Origin: Epithemia pelagica
Taxonomy: Eukaryota; Protista; Bacillariophyta
Direction: 5' to 3'
Length of the DNA: 64,000 nt
Assembly (NCBI GenBank): GCA_946965045.2
Contig: OX337229.1
Coordinates: 4,216,001-4,280,000, forward strand
Positions 39,328 through 52,300 of the stretch are shown here, one piece after another. A model generated the notes under the pieces. That model made no database searches and was not told the DNA's origin. It saw only the letters and a program-made list of their open reading frames with translations. The position numbers and the translations under genes were made by a program. The stretch's first letter is position 1; each line of letters opens with the position of its first letter.

Positions 39328-42300
39328 AGTTACAACATAGCACATCTAGCACCATTAGATCTAGGTGTGACATAGCATGACATAGCTACGACATAGAGGA
39401 AAGCAGCTGTCCTGAAGTAAGACAGACGCTCGTGTTGCAGTTGAACGGACGAACAACAGATGGATTTAGCTGAATAGTAACTTCACCCAGCAGTCCAGGA
39501 AGATTCATGTACTAATTATTCATATACATGCACAATGCAAGTCGCGAGCCTACACATCCGTTCATACGAACGCAAGTTGGACGATACCTCTAGTCGTAAT
39601 ATCTTCTCTCTCAAATTGAGAATTACACAAAGATAACGATCGACCTTCAGATGATCTAGCAGGCCTGTTCCAAAGGTAAGTACCTTCTAGAAAGAACATT
39701 CATAAGGCCCAAACAATCAGGAGAGGTGAATACTCTCATCTAATCATGAAGAACAAAAAGAACAAGGAAGAACTATTCTCCAAGAGAGAAATGGAGCGGC
39801 TAAGTTCTCCTTGAGATCGGAGATCGATCAGACCTGAAAATCACTTTCATGTAGATGAATCTCACTCTTTTCTAAAACACAAAAGTTACAAGCAACTGTT
39901 GTCTACAAAAGGAGTCAACCTATATCGTAGACCGAAGGTGAGGGCCCCATCGTCGATCCAACGTGATAGGTTGACTAACATTGCTACCCAACTGAACTAA
40001 CCCCGATTATCAAGTCGTTATCACACCTAGCTAGCAGATATCCTAAGTGGTTGCTGAGCCCAAATCAAGGCTGATAAACCATACGCTATTCTCTCTATCG
40101 ATCGATTTATCAAGAAGTTAACTACCTTGGAGGACTACCACTGAGTCGTCCCTACCAAGCATCCAAAGCGCGCAAATACTACTGGAGCCAATCAAGGCCC
40201 CAACCAAGAATCCACAACGGCGGACGACATCTCCCCGACCTCAAGTGGACTTGGAAGCTTCGACTGGTTGAATTCGGACAGTGATACCAACTCCAATCCA
40301 GATCCCCAGCAAGAGACCGTCGACCCTCTAGAAGCACCGAACAGTGATCCAACTGCCGATCCAAACGCCCAACGCGAATCCCAGCAAGAGACCACTCGAC
40401 CATTGCAAATTGTTCCACCTGAGACCGACCCAACGCGAACTGCCACATCAGAAACAGATCGAACAAGACCGTTGATTGGTGTATCGAGATCCAGGAGGAG
40501 ACAGCAACGAATCATGGCAGCAAACGACGATCCACAAGAAAACACGGACGTTTTCATGCCAGACAAGCCCATCATGGGCGGACTGGTGCAGTCCCGACGT
40601 GACGAGTACGTCGTTTGGACTGGAGGAAAACCGAAACATGACTGGTCCAAGTTAGATGACTCAGCCAAGACGGAACCTCTCAGGAGTCTCCAGTTACGTA
40701 CCTTAACAGACAAGCGGTACATCGACCGCGTAACTGGACCTATTGACAAGTTTGACAAGAAGAAAGGCGATTTCTCGCGATTGCAGGATGAGCTCAATCA
40801 GCACTTTGTCAAACATGGGATGGACACGATTGTGTACTTACCTGACCCCAAGAACTCCACATCGATGATCAACATCATCACGGAGCATTCTCGTTTCACC
40901 AACGAGCGCGTCCAGGACCTGATGGCAGTGCAGATCCAAAAATACGATAAGTACGATCAGAACAATGACGCAGCGGCTCAGGACTACTTACTCGATTCTC
41001 TCGAGAAAACCTTTCGTCGCGAAGTAGAGGACCAATCCCGCTCTGCGAACTCGTTTCCCGTCCTCTTTATGGTAATCGTCCGCATCATTACGGACGACTC
41101 CATCGAACATTGGGAGTTGGTAAAGGGTGAGATGCGCAGTCTGGTACCACAACAGTACTCAGGACACGACATTACCGCACTTACCACTGATTTCGCGAAC
41201 AAGGCACGTCCTCTTTCGGCTGCTGGTCTTTATGACCACACCCTCACCGCGAATCTCCTCAAGAACATCCTCACCGCTGAATGGCCGGAAACTCCAAAAT
41301 TTGACCTCTTGATTCTCAACAAGAAAGTCAAAGACGCCGTAGAACACATCCGTTTTCTCGATCGTTCCGTCGCTGACTCCTACATGAGCACCAACAAGCT
41401 CCTGTACACGCACATCTCCGAGATCGCCAACAACCGGTACCTTGTTAGTGTCAAGCAAGGCGAATGGAGTGCCAAAAGCTCCCACAAGGACAGCAAGGCC
41501 TTACCTGTTTCTTATGGCGGGAACCTGACAGTGACAAACAATCGCCGTGGCAAGAACTGTATCGGCTACCAAGCCAATGCCCTCATCCCTCAGATGCAAA
41601 CGTATGGTAAGAGCAAGAACAGTTTTCGTGAGAAGGGGAAGAGCAAGAGCAACAACAAGTTCAAAGGCAAAACGGACAACCCTTCTTCCACACCCAAAAA
41701 CGATTCTACTCACCAATGGAAACGTGTTCCCCCTGCAGACGGCCAGCCGGATGAACGTACCAAAGACGGCCAAACATATTTCTGGTGCGGCACTTGCAAG
41801 ATCTGGAACACCACGCATCGTACTAGCGAGCATATTGTCGGATTCAAATCCATGGCCAAGAACAACAGGAACCAACAGAAACATAAAGCATCCGCTCATG
41901 TTCTTGAGTTTGACGCAACGGCCTGGAAAGCAGAACTCGACCTCCATTCTCGCTACTGGGACAGGGACATTGTCAGAGAAATGGACAAGGAAGAATATGA
42001 GTTCTGTGAAGACAACTCAGAGGACGACGATTACGACCACTGTGACGACTCACCTGATGAGGAATACAAACTTTGTGCCTTCATGGCCTCCTTTGAAGAA
42101 GACGAAGAAAGCAAAGAAGAAAGGTATGAAGAAACCAAGTCCAATGAAGATTCAAGCTCGCTCTTCTCCAACACCACTCACCAAGCTGTTACACCGGATC
42201 GTGTCACTTCAGCCAACATTAAAGAAAAACAGTTCAGTGAGAGTGATATGGAAGACTCATCAGGAACCAGTACCATTGGAACGTTTGAGCCTACCTTTCC

Positions 42301-45300
42301 AGTCGTCGAGCCATCCAAGAACAACGGACCAACATACTTCGATCAATGGAATGACATGGATCTCACGATGACAAACAACCATGATGACGATCCGCTCGAT
42401 CCATTGAATGACGCTGCAACCCAACGATTTCTCGAGGACATGTACGACAAAGAAATCACAGCAGCAGCAGCAGCAATCAATGAGAACTACGACGAAATGG
42501 AAAGTGAAGAGACAGATCTCACTTACAAAACTCCTGAAACAAGCACGGACACATCGACCGATGCAATCAAGCATCTCCAAGCTGGACAATTGGCGAGTCT
42601 GGAAAAGAAACTACCAGCCATCTCTCCAATCCATCAGGCACGACCTCTGCCACCACGGCCAAATGCTCCCTTGCCCTTTTCTCCGAACGATCCGACTCCG
42701 CCGCCTCCTCCTCCAAGACGACGGCTGAGCATCCCTGCATCGACAAAATATGCAATGCAGCATATCATTCTCGAAGCAGAGCAAGCAAAAAGAGATGGGA
42801 TGAGGTACGAGATAGCAGCCAAAACCGTGTTCGCAAACGCTTGGCGAGAGCCGAGACTTACCGTGGCTGAGGCATACCAACGTGTCAAAGAAGAGGAATG
42901 GGCAATGGGATACTTCGTTGATGGAATGCCCATTCCGAATCACCCTCGACCAGCATCTTGCTTTCCTGGAATGTTGCCCATTCCACCAGGCCCGATGGTT
43001 CCTTGTTTTCAACCGATGGACACCTCCAGCTCTGGATCAGCGATGCAGTTCACTCCTGCAACAAAACTCACAACATTCCGTGAGAACAAGAGCACGATGA
43101 CAGATGACTCAACAAGCAACTCATCCTCCTCTTTCGTTCCAACCAGCACGCTAGGCGAACGATATGTTCCCTCGGAACCCGAAAACAAGACGGATGATGA
43201 TGACGACTCGAACAAGACAGTGGCAGTCACCAAGTATTTTGCCCATCTCGCTTGTGTCGATTTCGACGATGATGAAGATGAGGCTTCACAACCTGCCACT
43301 TCTCAACAAAATGAAGGAGACACTAACCCCCAAGACACTTCGGACGGATCCAACTGTACTGTGGACGAGACAGTAGGAGGCTCAATGGTAGGAAAATGCG
43401 TAGAAGTCTACTATGCACCTTTCACCTTTGGACACGTGCGTACCCCACGACGACCGGCGCGCACGCCAGTCGAGGAGCTTTCAGACGAAACTTTCTCTCT
43501 TCAGCATCTTTTCTTGGTCGCCCTTCTACATTTTGTTGTCTTGTTACCGATCATCCTCTGGCTGATCCCAGCTCCAACCACTACCGAGGAATCTAAGGAC
43601 GCCTTTACAAATGGGCTAGGACACCTGTACAGTGCCGCGGTACATCTCTACTATGGTGTCTATGAAGCTTACTGCGGATTCAAGGAAATTTCTGTTTCCT
43701 TCTTGCTGCATCCTGGCTGCATGCCTGGTATCGTTACATGGATTTCTTGTTGGGTGGCCATCTTTCTCAGTTTCAGCCTCTCATCCAGTCCCAAATCCAA
43801 GAACTCTAACAAAGCCAAGGGACCAAATCGCCCCAATAACACCCAAAGGACCGCCGTCTCGGTCAATGCCTTTCTGCCCAGCTAAACAACCGCCGAACCC
43901 ACTTTGCCACCAACCACAACTCCCCTACAAGGTCCTTCTTCTTCTCCTTGTTCTCCACACCGATTCGGTTGATTGTTGTGTTTGGTTGTAGATTGTTGGA
44001 ATGGTTGGCATCGTTATGTCAGGCTGGCCTTACGAGCTTACGAACCATTATACCCGCGAAGCGAGGGAGAAAACGGCGGAACACTTCATTCAAGGTCAAC
44101 TCGAGTTCACCTCGAAGGCACAAGCGAAGCCGCGGGCCATTCGCTAACACACCTTCCGAGCATAATGACTCCACACTACCGACCAGCCGACGAATGCCGA
44201 CAAAGACAAGTTTGTTGCGTTCTCGCGCTCGTCGCTTCCAGCACCCCATCTCTGCTGGAAATCCCCATCAACATCTGGCGGGATACAACCGTCAGAGATC
44301 GAACACCGAAAACAGGAGCAACACTCCCTATTATTGCCAAAACGTACCATGCTCCACACGGCCTGTACCACGATTTCATCATCACCGAGCCTCCCTCAAT
44401 CCAAACAACATGATGGCAATGATGGCCTCCATCAACGATCTTGACCTTGACTCCATCACACACCACCCGTGGGAGAACATCACCCTACAGGCTCTTCGAG
44501 CAACACTCCAAGATCCAAAGGCTCTTCGTGAATCCATGCCAAAAGGAGCCTCGTACCCAATCATCTGGGACTCCGGAGCGAGTATCTCCATTACCAACGA
44601 CGCCAAGGACTTCATTGGAAAGATCAAGCCCTTCCCTGATCTGAAAGTAAAAGGTATTGCCAATAAAATGAAGGCTGTTGGACGAGGAACTGTCCTTTGG
44701 ACGGTTTTGGACACGAATGGCGCTCCACGAATGTTGAAACTTCCTGCATTCCATGTACCAAAAATTTCTGTGAGATTGTTGTCAACGCAAAATCTTCTTC
44801 AGCAGTACCATGGAGAGAAAATCATTCAGGACGGTTATACACTTACCTTGACTGGAATTCCAGGCGACCCTGATTGTCGAGAGGTAAATGTGATGGTAAA
44901 TCCGAAGAACAATCTTCCAATGTCCTACGGATACAATTCAGACCACTTACAAACAACATCACTCGCTTTCAACAGTACTGTGAATGAAGTCGCACACCAA
45001 AACGCAAACCTCTCACCAGCACAGAAGGAACTTCTCAAATGGCATTATCGACTCGGACACATGAATCTTCTCAAGGTACAGTTTCTCATGCGAACAGGCG
45101 TTTTGGCAACAACAGAGAAAACGCGTCGTTTACACACTCTCGCATCCACACTCACCGACTTACCCTTGTGCGCAGCATGTCAATTTGGGAAACAACGCAG
45201 ACGAACCGAACCCGGGACGAAAACGATCATCGTCAAAGACAAACAAGGGGTCACCAAAGACGGTAACCTGCATCCAGGTCAATGCATCTCAGTAGATCAT

Positions 45301-48300
45301 TTTGTGTGTTCTACAAAGGGGAGACGCTTTGACTCAAAGGGGAAATCAAAAATCAACGATCTTTATACAGGTGGAGCAATCTTTGTAGACCACGCTTCGG
45401 GATACACGTGGATAGGATTTCAATCCCACCTAAATACACATGAAACGCTGAGTGTTAAGGAATCCTTCGAGCTTTTCTGTAGAGAAATAGGGGTAGTACC
45501 GCTTCAATACCTAACGGACAATGGAGCAGCCTTCACCTCTAAGGATTACACCCAATCACTCCGAACATTCGCTCAAATTTCCAGATTTGCCGGAGTTGGG
45601 GCACATCACCATGCTGGCATTGCCGAACGGGCAATACAAACTATTATGTCTATTGCTCGTACAATGATGCTCCATGCTGCAATACACTGGCCAGAATTAG
45701 CTGACCCTATGCTATGGCCCATGGCAGTATCACATGCAGTGTACCTACATAATCATGTGCCCCGTACTGACACAGGGATTAGCCCCCACGACTTATTTAC
45801 ACGTGTCCGTTGGGAACAACGAAAGTTCCACGACCTACACGTGTGGGGCTGCCCAGTCTATGTCCTACAGAAATCCATTGCCGACGGGAAGAAACTACCT
45901 CGTTGGAAGCCTAGGTCTACACGTTGCCAACTCATGGGGTTAAGTAACCGCCATGCTAGTTCGGTCCCTCTGGTACTTAACCCTGACACCGGCTACATAA
46001 CACCACAATTCCATGTAGTTTTTGACGATTGGTTCAGTACAATTGCTATGACTTATGAACAATTGCCCGACTTCTTCACTGACACGTGGTATAAACTGTT
46101 CGGAGACTCCTCCTATCAATATATAGATCTCGACAACGACGATGCTCCAAATATTGAAGCGCCTTCTACTACAGATGAGGCCGCACAACAGTCCTATACA
46201 CAAAGAGAATCCGATGTCGCACATGCAATTGGGACTCATCGTCCTTTTGCCGTGCTTCCATCGCCTTCCCAACCCAGTTCCACTCCTGGCACGTTTCCTT
46301 TAACTAATCCCCGTGCTACTCCCATTGGCGCACCAGCACCCAGTTCGACACCAAGCAACAGACCCGTATCGATTTCAGCTCCCAATGAGGAACCGGTGTA
46401 TCAACCATCCCCTAAGCGGATGTCCTTTTCCAATACACCCCTTCCTCAGAGGGAGAAAACTGACCAGGTCGCTGAAACCTCGCCTTCGACAACCCCTCTT
46501 TTGCCTTCTCCTTCTCCCAACACTACTCCTTCCCCTGGCCCATCTCCTCAGAGGGAGATTCGGCCTCAGAGGGAGTCCCGTCCTCGCATATCCACTCAAC
46601 CCACTTCCGGTTCCACTCTCCCTCTCGCACCAACCATCACCACTCGTCGCTCCGGCGGACTGTTAAACGGCCCACTCGTCTTGTAGAAGAAATAAATGTG
46701 GCTACCGTTCATCCTACTGCTCCTCCATCTGTAGATCATAGCGACCTCCTGACCGTCATGAAAGCATCTCTCTCTGATCCAGATACGCTTTCTTATGACA
46801 AAGCCATGCGAGATGCTGACATTGAAAAATGGAAAGTTGCAGCACACAAAGAAATTATGGAACTCGAAGGTAAAGGAACATGGGAAGAGGTCCCAAAATC
46901 TCAGGCAAAAACGCGGATTCTACCAGGAACTTGGGTATTTAAACGAAAGAGAACTCCCGATGGTGAGATCCTCAAACACAAAGCCAGATATTGTGTGAGA
47001 GGAGACTTACAGGAAACGGAACAAGAAAACTACAGCCCAGTTGTTCACTGGAGCTCAATCCGTATTGTCCTCACTATCAGCTTAATCCTAGGATGGGAGC
47101 TTGCCTGCATTGATTTTAACAATGCATTTGTACAAGCTACGTTGGATGAACCTGTATGGATTCATTTACCTAGAGGATTTAGGTCTGGTAAACCTGGAGA
47201 GACCTGCCTGCGACTCATCAAGAGTCTATATGGCCTGTCTTCAGCTCCAAGGTTATGGTATACCCACCTACTAGAGGCTTTAAAGGAAGACGGATTCACC
47301 CTTAGTGCTCATGACGAGTGTTTGCTTTACAAAGACAACATCATCATTTTTCTGTGGGTAGACGACTGTGGTGTCTGTGCTCCTAAAATGGAACTAATAG
47401 ACGATCTAATCAAACGACTACAAGAAAAAGGGTTATCTCTCAAGAAAGAAGGAAATCTAACTGACTACCTCGGAATAAACTTTATCCGTCATGAGAATAA
47501 ATCTATTACCATGACCCAGAAAGGACTTATTGCGAAGATTATTAAAACTACAGGACTAGAAGATTGCAACCCTAATTGGACTCCTGCAACCTAGCTGGGA
47601 TTAGGCAGCGACCCAGACGGTGAACCTATGAAGGAAAGCTGGGAATATCGCTCCGTAGTAGGAATGCTCCTATACCTGGCTACCAACACTAGACCTGACA
47701 TAGCTTTCGCTGTTAGTCAGGTAGCTAGATTCAGTTCAGCACCAAAGAAATCACACGCTACCGCCATCAAGACAATTGTGCGCTACTTAGTTCACACAAG
47801 AGACAAAGGGACTATCTTCACCCCCACTACAGGTTTCAAACTAGATTGCTATGTAGATGCTGATTTTGCCGGTTTGCATGGACGCGAACCCCAAGACAAT
47901 CCCGTTAGTGCTAAGTCTCGTACTGGCTATATACTAACATTTTGTGGATGCCCACTAATATGGCGTTCGCAACTCCAATCATCGGTAGCTCTTAGTACAC
48001 TCCAGGCTGAGTACCATGCCCTCTCACAAGCCATGCGTAGTGTGATAGCTACCCGCCGAGTGATTGAAGAACTTTTAGGCAATCTCAAGCTGCCGTTCCC
48101 GAAGCCCACTATTTTCTCTGAAGTCTTTGAGGACAATAGTGGAGCCTTTTACCTTGCAACGAAGCAGCGCCGAACTCCAAGGACCAAGCATTTTAACACC
48201 TACCTCCACTTCTTTTGGGAGCATGTAGGCGACCACCCCGGAGGCGTGAAAGTTAGCATGGTCAGCACAGCTGACCAAAAGGCTGATTACTTTACTAAAT

Positions 48301-49127
48301 GCCAGAATCGAGAACTTTTTGAGCGCTGCCGTAAGCTCAATCAAGGATGGTAAACCATCATACCTTCCATGTCGCAATTCTAGCCCAATCACTCCATGAG
48401 AGGGAGAGTTACAACATAGCACATCTAGCACCATTAGATCTAGGTGTGACATAGCATGACATAGCTACGACATAGAGGAAAGCAGCTGTCCTGAAGTAAG
48501 ACAGACGCTCGTGTTGCAGTTGAACGGACGAACAACAGATGGATTTAGCTGAATAGTAACTTCACCCAGCAGTCCAGGAAGATTCATGTACTAATTATTC
48601 ATATACATGCACAATGCAAGTCGCGAGCCTACACATCCGTTCATACGAACGCAAGTTGGACGATACCTCTAGTCGTAATATCTTCTCTCTCAAATTGAGA
48701 ATTACACAAAGATAACGATCGACCTTCAGATGATCTAGCAGGCCTGTTCCAAAGGTAAGTACCTTCTAGAAAGAACATTCATAAGGCCCAAACAATCAGG
48801 AGAGGTGAATACTCTCATCTAATCATGGAGAACAAAAAGAACAAGGAAGAACTATTCTCCAAGAGAGAAATGGAGCGGCTAAGTTCTCCTTGAGATCGGA
48901 GATTGATCAGACCTGAAAATCACTTTCATGTAGATGAATCTCACTCTTTTCTAAAACACAAAAGTTACAAGCAACTGTTGTCTACAAAAGGAGTCAACCT
49001 ATATCGTAGACCGAAGGTGAGGGCCCCATCGTCGATCCAACGTGATAGGTTGACTAACATTGCTACCCAACTGAACTAACCCCGATTATCAAGTCGTTAT
49101 CACACCTAGCTAGCAGATATCCTAAGT
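39328..49127 (+). mobile_element. Ty1/Copia LTR retrotransposon (Copia-2), full length, inactivated
   Basis: 721-bp LTRs at 39328..40048 and 48407..49127, with at least 2 mismatches seen. TSD ATATC (39323-39327, 49128-49132). PBS GGTTGCTGAGCCC (40049..40061) and PPT GAGAGGGAG (48398..48406). Confidence 0.96.
40268..48353 (+). pseudogene. gag-pol: Copia-2 gag-pol, disrupted (frameshifts near 43.8-43.9 kb and ~46655; TAG at 47592-47594)
   Basis: Knuckle WCGTCKIWNTTH..SEH; protease IIWDSGAS; HHCC zinc domain WHYRLGH...CAAC; integrase SVDHF/LTDNG/IAERAIQT; RT LWVDD; RNase H YVDADFAG/FEDNSGA/ADYFTK. It is collinear with the single ORF of Copia-3. Confidence 0.92.
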
Positions 49128-49302
49128 ATATCCTACCTAGGTAGTCGACACAGAGTGCTCAAAGTGAGCGGTACAAGCTTGTGAGAGCTGTTCTGTTGTG
49201 TTTTCATAGCGAAACTGAGGGTCATCGTCGTGCTCACAACAAAGAACAAAGCTGCAACGAATTCACGAATTCACAAGGCTCAAAAGTCTCATGGATGACA
49301 AG

Positions 49303-52300
49303 AGTTATAGAATACCGCTCTCGACTCTCTAGACATTAGACTATTTCCTCTAGCTATATGCGTGACGTGCGGTCAGACGTGCCACATGCCGATCAGAAGC
49401 AGGCGTTGCACCTCAACGCACGTCAATTGAACCTCAACGCATCGAGCAGCTGCTTTAGAGTACTGATCGCGCTGCTCGCCAAAACTAAGGAACTTTACGT
49501 GACTTACGCCCTACTATATTATTTACATAAAAACTTGCCAGACCGCGAGCCCACTATACAGCCGTATATATTTGCATGTCGGGCGAGCCACCGGATACCG
49601 AATCTTCCTCTCAATATTGAGAAAACAAATGGATCTCAGGCAGGCCATCCGGCCACCTGAAGAGTGTCAAAGGTAAGTCCATCGAGTAAAGATCCAAAAC
49701 AAGATACAATAGGAGAGGTGAGATCTCCCACTAGTGCACAGAACAAAAAGAACTGCTCTATGGAACAAATAGAACAAGTTCCATACCTAGAGGATCGAGG
49801 AGATCAAACCTGCTCCAAAATCACTTTTCATCTTAGAATAAGCTCACTCTTTTTATAAACCAAAAGTTTGTAACCAAACTGTTTGTGAAAGAGAGTCGAC
49901 CTAGTTGCTGATTCGAAGGTGAGGGCCCCATCGTCGTTTCACCGCAGTAGGTTGGCTACCCGAGCTATATTGACTACCTCACCTATATCTAACACGTGTT
50001 TTTACCAACACCTAGATATCTGTTTACTTTAAGTGGTTATGAGCCCAAATAAGGCTGGTAAACCAGACGTTTCCTGATCGATCGACTATTATATTACCAA
50101 GAGGGAGAACTCTATAAGGTTCACCTCTTACTACGGCATCTATACGCGCGCAAGGAGTGGACATCCCTAGCAAGGCATCCACCCCGTAGCCACAACGGAG
50201 GAAGACCAAGACTCTCCTACCTCTAGTGGCGCTGGCAGTTTCGAACTCGTAACAGCAGAGAGTGTCGACGAGTCTGACACTACTCCTGACCTGAATCGGA
50301 CTGACCCCACTGAGCCTCCACTCAGTGTACCACCTGATCTTGCAAACACCCAGCAAGAACCCCAGCAACAGACCGCACCTCTCCCTGGCTCTGCCCAGCA
50401 AACCGACGCGTCTCGTTCTTCCCAAAAGCGGCTGATTGTTGCTTCCAACACCATGTCAGGTGAAGACTCTCCCCAACAAGACACTGATGTCTTTATGCCC
50501 GACCGTCCCAGAATGGGCGGCCTCGTTCAATCCAGCAAGGACACGTACGTCCCCTGGACTGGCGGTAAACCCAAACCAGATTGGAAAGGGTTAGACGACA
50601 AAGCCAAGGACCATCCAGTCCGCAGTCTCCAGCTACGTACCTTTACCGACAAGCGGTACCTTGATCGGGTGACTGGCCCTGTAGAAAAGTTCGATAAGAA
50701 GAAAGGCGATTTTTCAAGACTCCAAGATGAATTAGTCCGCCATTTCACGAAACACGGCATGGATACGATTATGTACTTACTCGATCCACTCAGTAAGTCC
50801 TCCATGCTCAACATCGTTACCGAACACCCACGGTTCACTCACACAAAGGTTCACGAAGCAATGAAACAACAGGTGAGCAAGTATGATAAGTATGACGCCA
50901 ACAACGATGCCGCGGCGCAAGACTACTTACTTGACTCATTGGATAAGACATTTCGACGGGAAGTGGAGGACCAATCCCGCGACGTTGCATCCTTTCCGGA
51001 GCTGTTCATGATCATCGTCCGGATCATTACGGACGACTCAATCGAACATTGGGAAATCGTAAAAAGTGAGATGCGTTCATTGGACCCGCACAACTACGCC
51101 GGCCATGACATCACTGCACTTACCACCGATTTCGCCGCAAAGGCCCGATCTCTTACCGCCGCTGGTCTTTACGACCACACCCTCACGGCGAGCCTGCTCA
51201 CAAACATTTTGAAAGCAGAATGGCCGCCGACTCCGAAGTTTTCTCTCCTGCTCCTGAACAAGTCTGTCCAGGACAGTGTCGATCACATTCGGTTTCTCGA
51301 CCGTGCAGCAGCGGATCAATACATGACCACAAACAAAATGCTCTATACGCACGTGATCGAAGAGGCAAACAGCAAATATTGGGTTAGTGTAAAGCGCGGG
51401 GAATGGAGCGCAAAGAGCACTCACCGGGATTCCAAGGCACCACCAACATCGTATGGTGCTAACAATGCCACAGTTTCCAAGAAAGGAAAACAGACCAAGT
51501 CCATTCAAGCCAACGCTCTTGTTCAGCAAATGAACACACCCGGGAACAAGAAGACATACGTTCGTGAGAAGGGGAAGAACAACAACAAAAACAAAAACAA
51601 CAACAACTTCACGAAACGTACCTCTTCCAGCGATAACAACTGGCGCCGCATCCCTCCCAAAGAAGGGGAACCAGAAATGCGAATGGTGGACGGAAAGCCC
51701 ATGTACTGGTGCGGAAAATGCACCAACTGGAATCCAACTCACAAAACCAGTGAGCATATTGTTGGTTTCAAATCCAACAAGTCGAGTTCCAAACAGCATC
51801 AAGCAAACAAGTTAGAAATGGAACCGGCAGCATGGGCAGCATACATCGAGAAAAACGGCTTTGATGATGCGAATACTTACGAAATGGTCAACAAAGAGCA
51901 CTCTTGGCTCTTCGACCACGACGATTTTGAAGCAAATTGTGTTTGTGCGAAGTGTCCTCCCAACATGGACGACGCTAAAACTGATGTGGATTGCTCCGAG
52001 ACGGACGACAAGTACGACCTTTGTGCGTACAATCTTGTGGTCAATTTGACCCAAACCGTTGACACCGAAGAAGAAATGGACGATGGGTCATCAACCTCCT
52101 CGTCCCTCTTCTCATCCAATACCTTGAACCTGGTAACGCCTGATCGCATTACCTCAGCAGCATTGGAACAAGAAGAACAAGACAGTGAGACAACCACAAG
52201 CGACATGCAAGACTCTTCTTCTTGCAACACAACAAGCACAATCAATACCACGGAACCTACCTCAACTCCCATTGAGCCTGACTTTGGAAACGAGCCAAAG

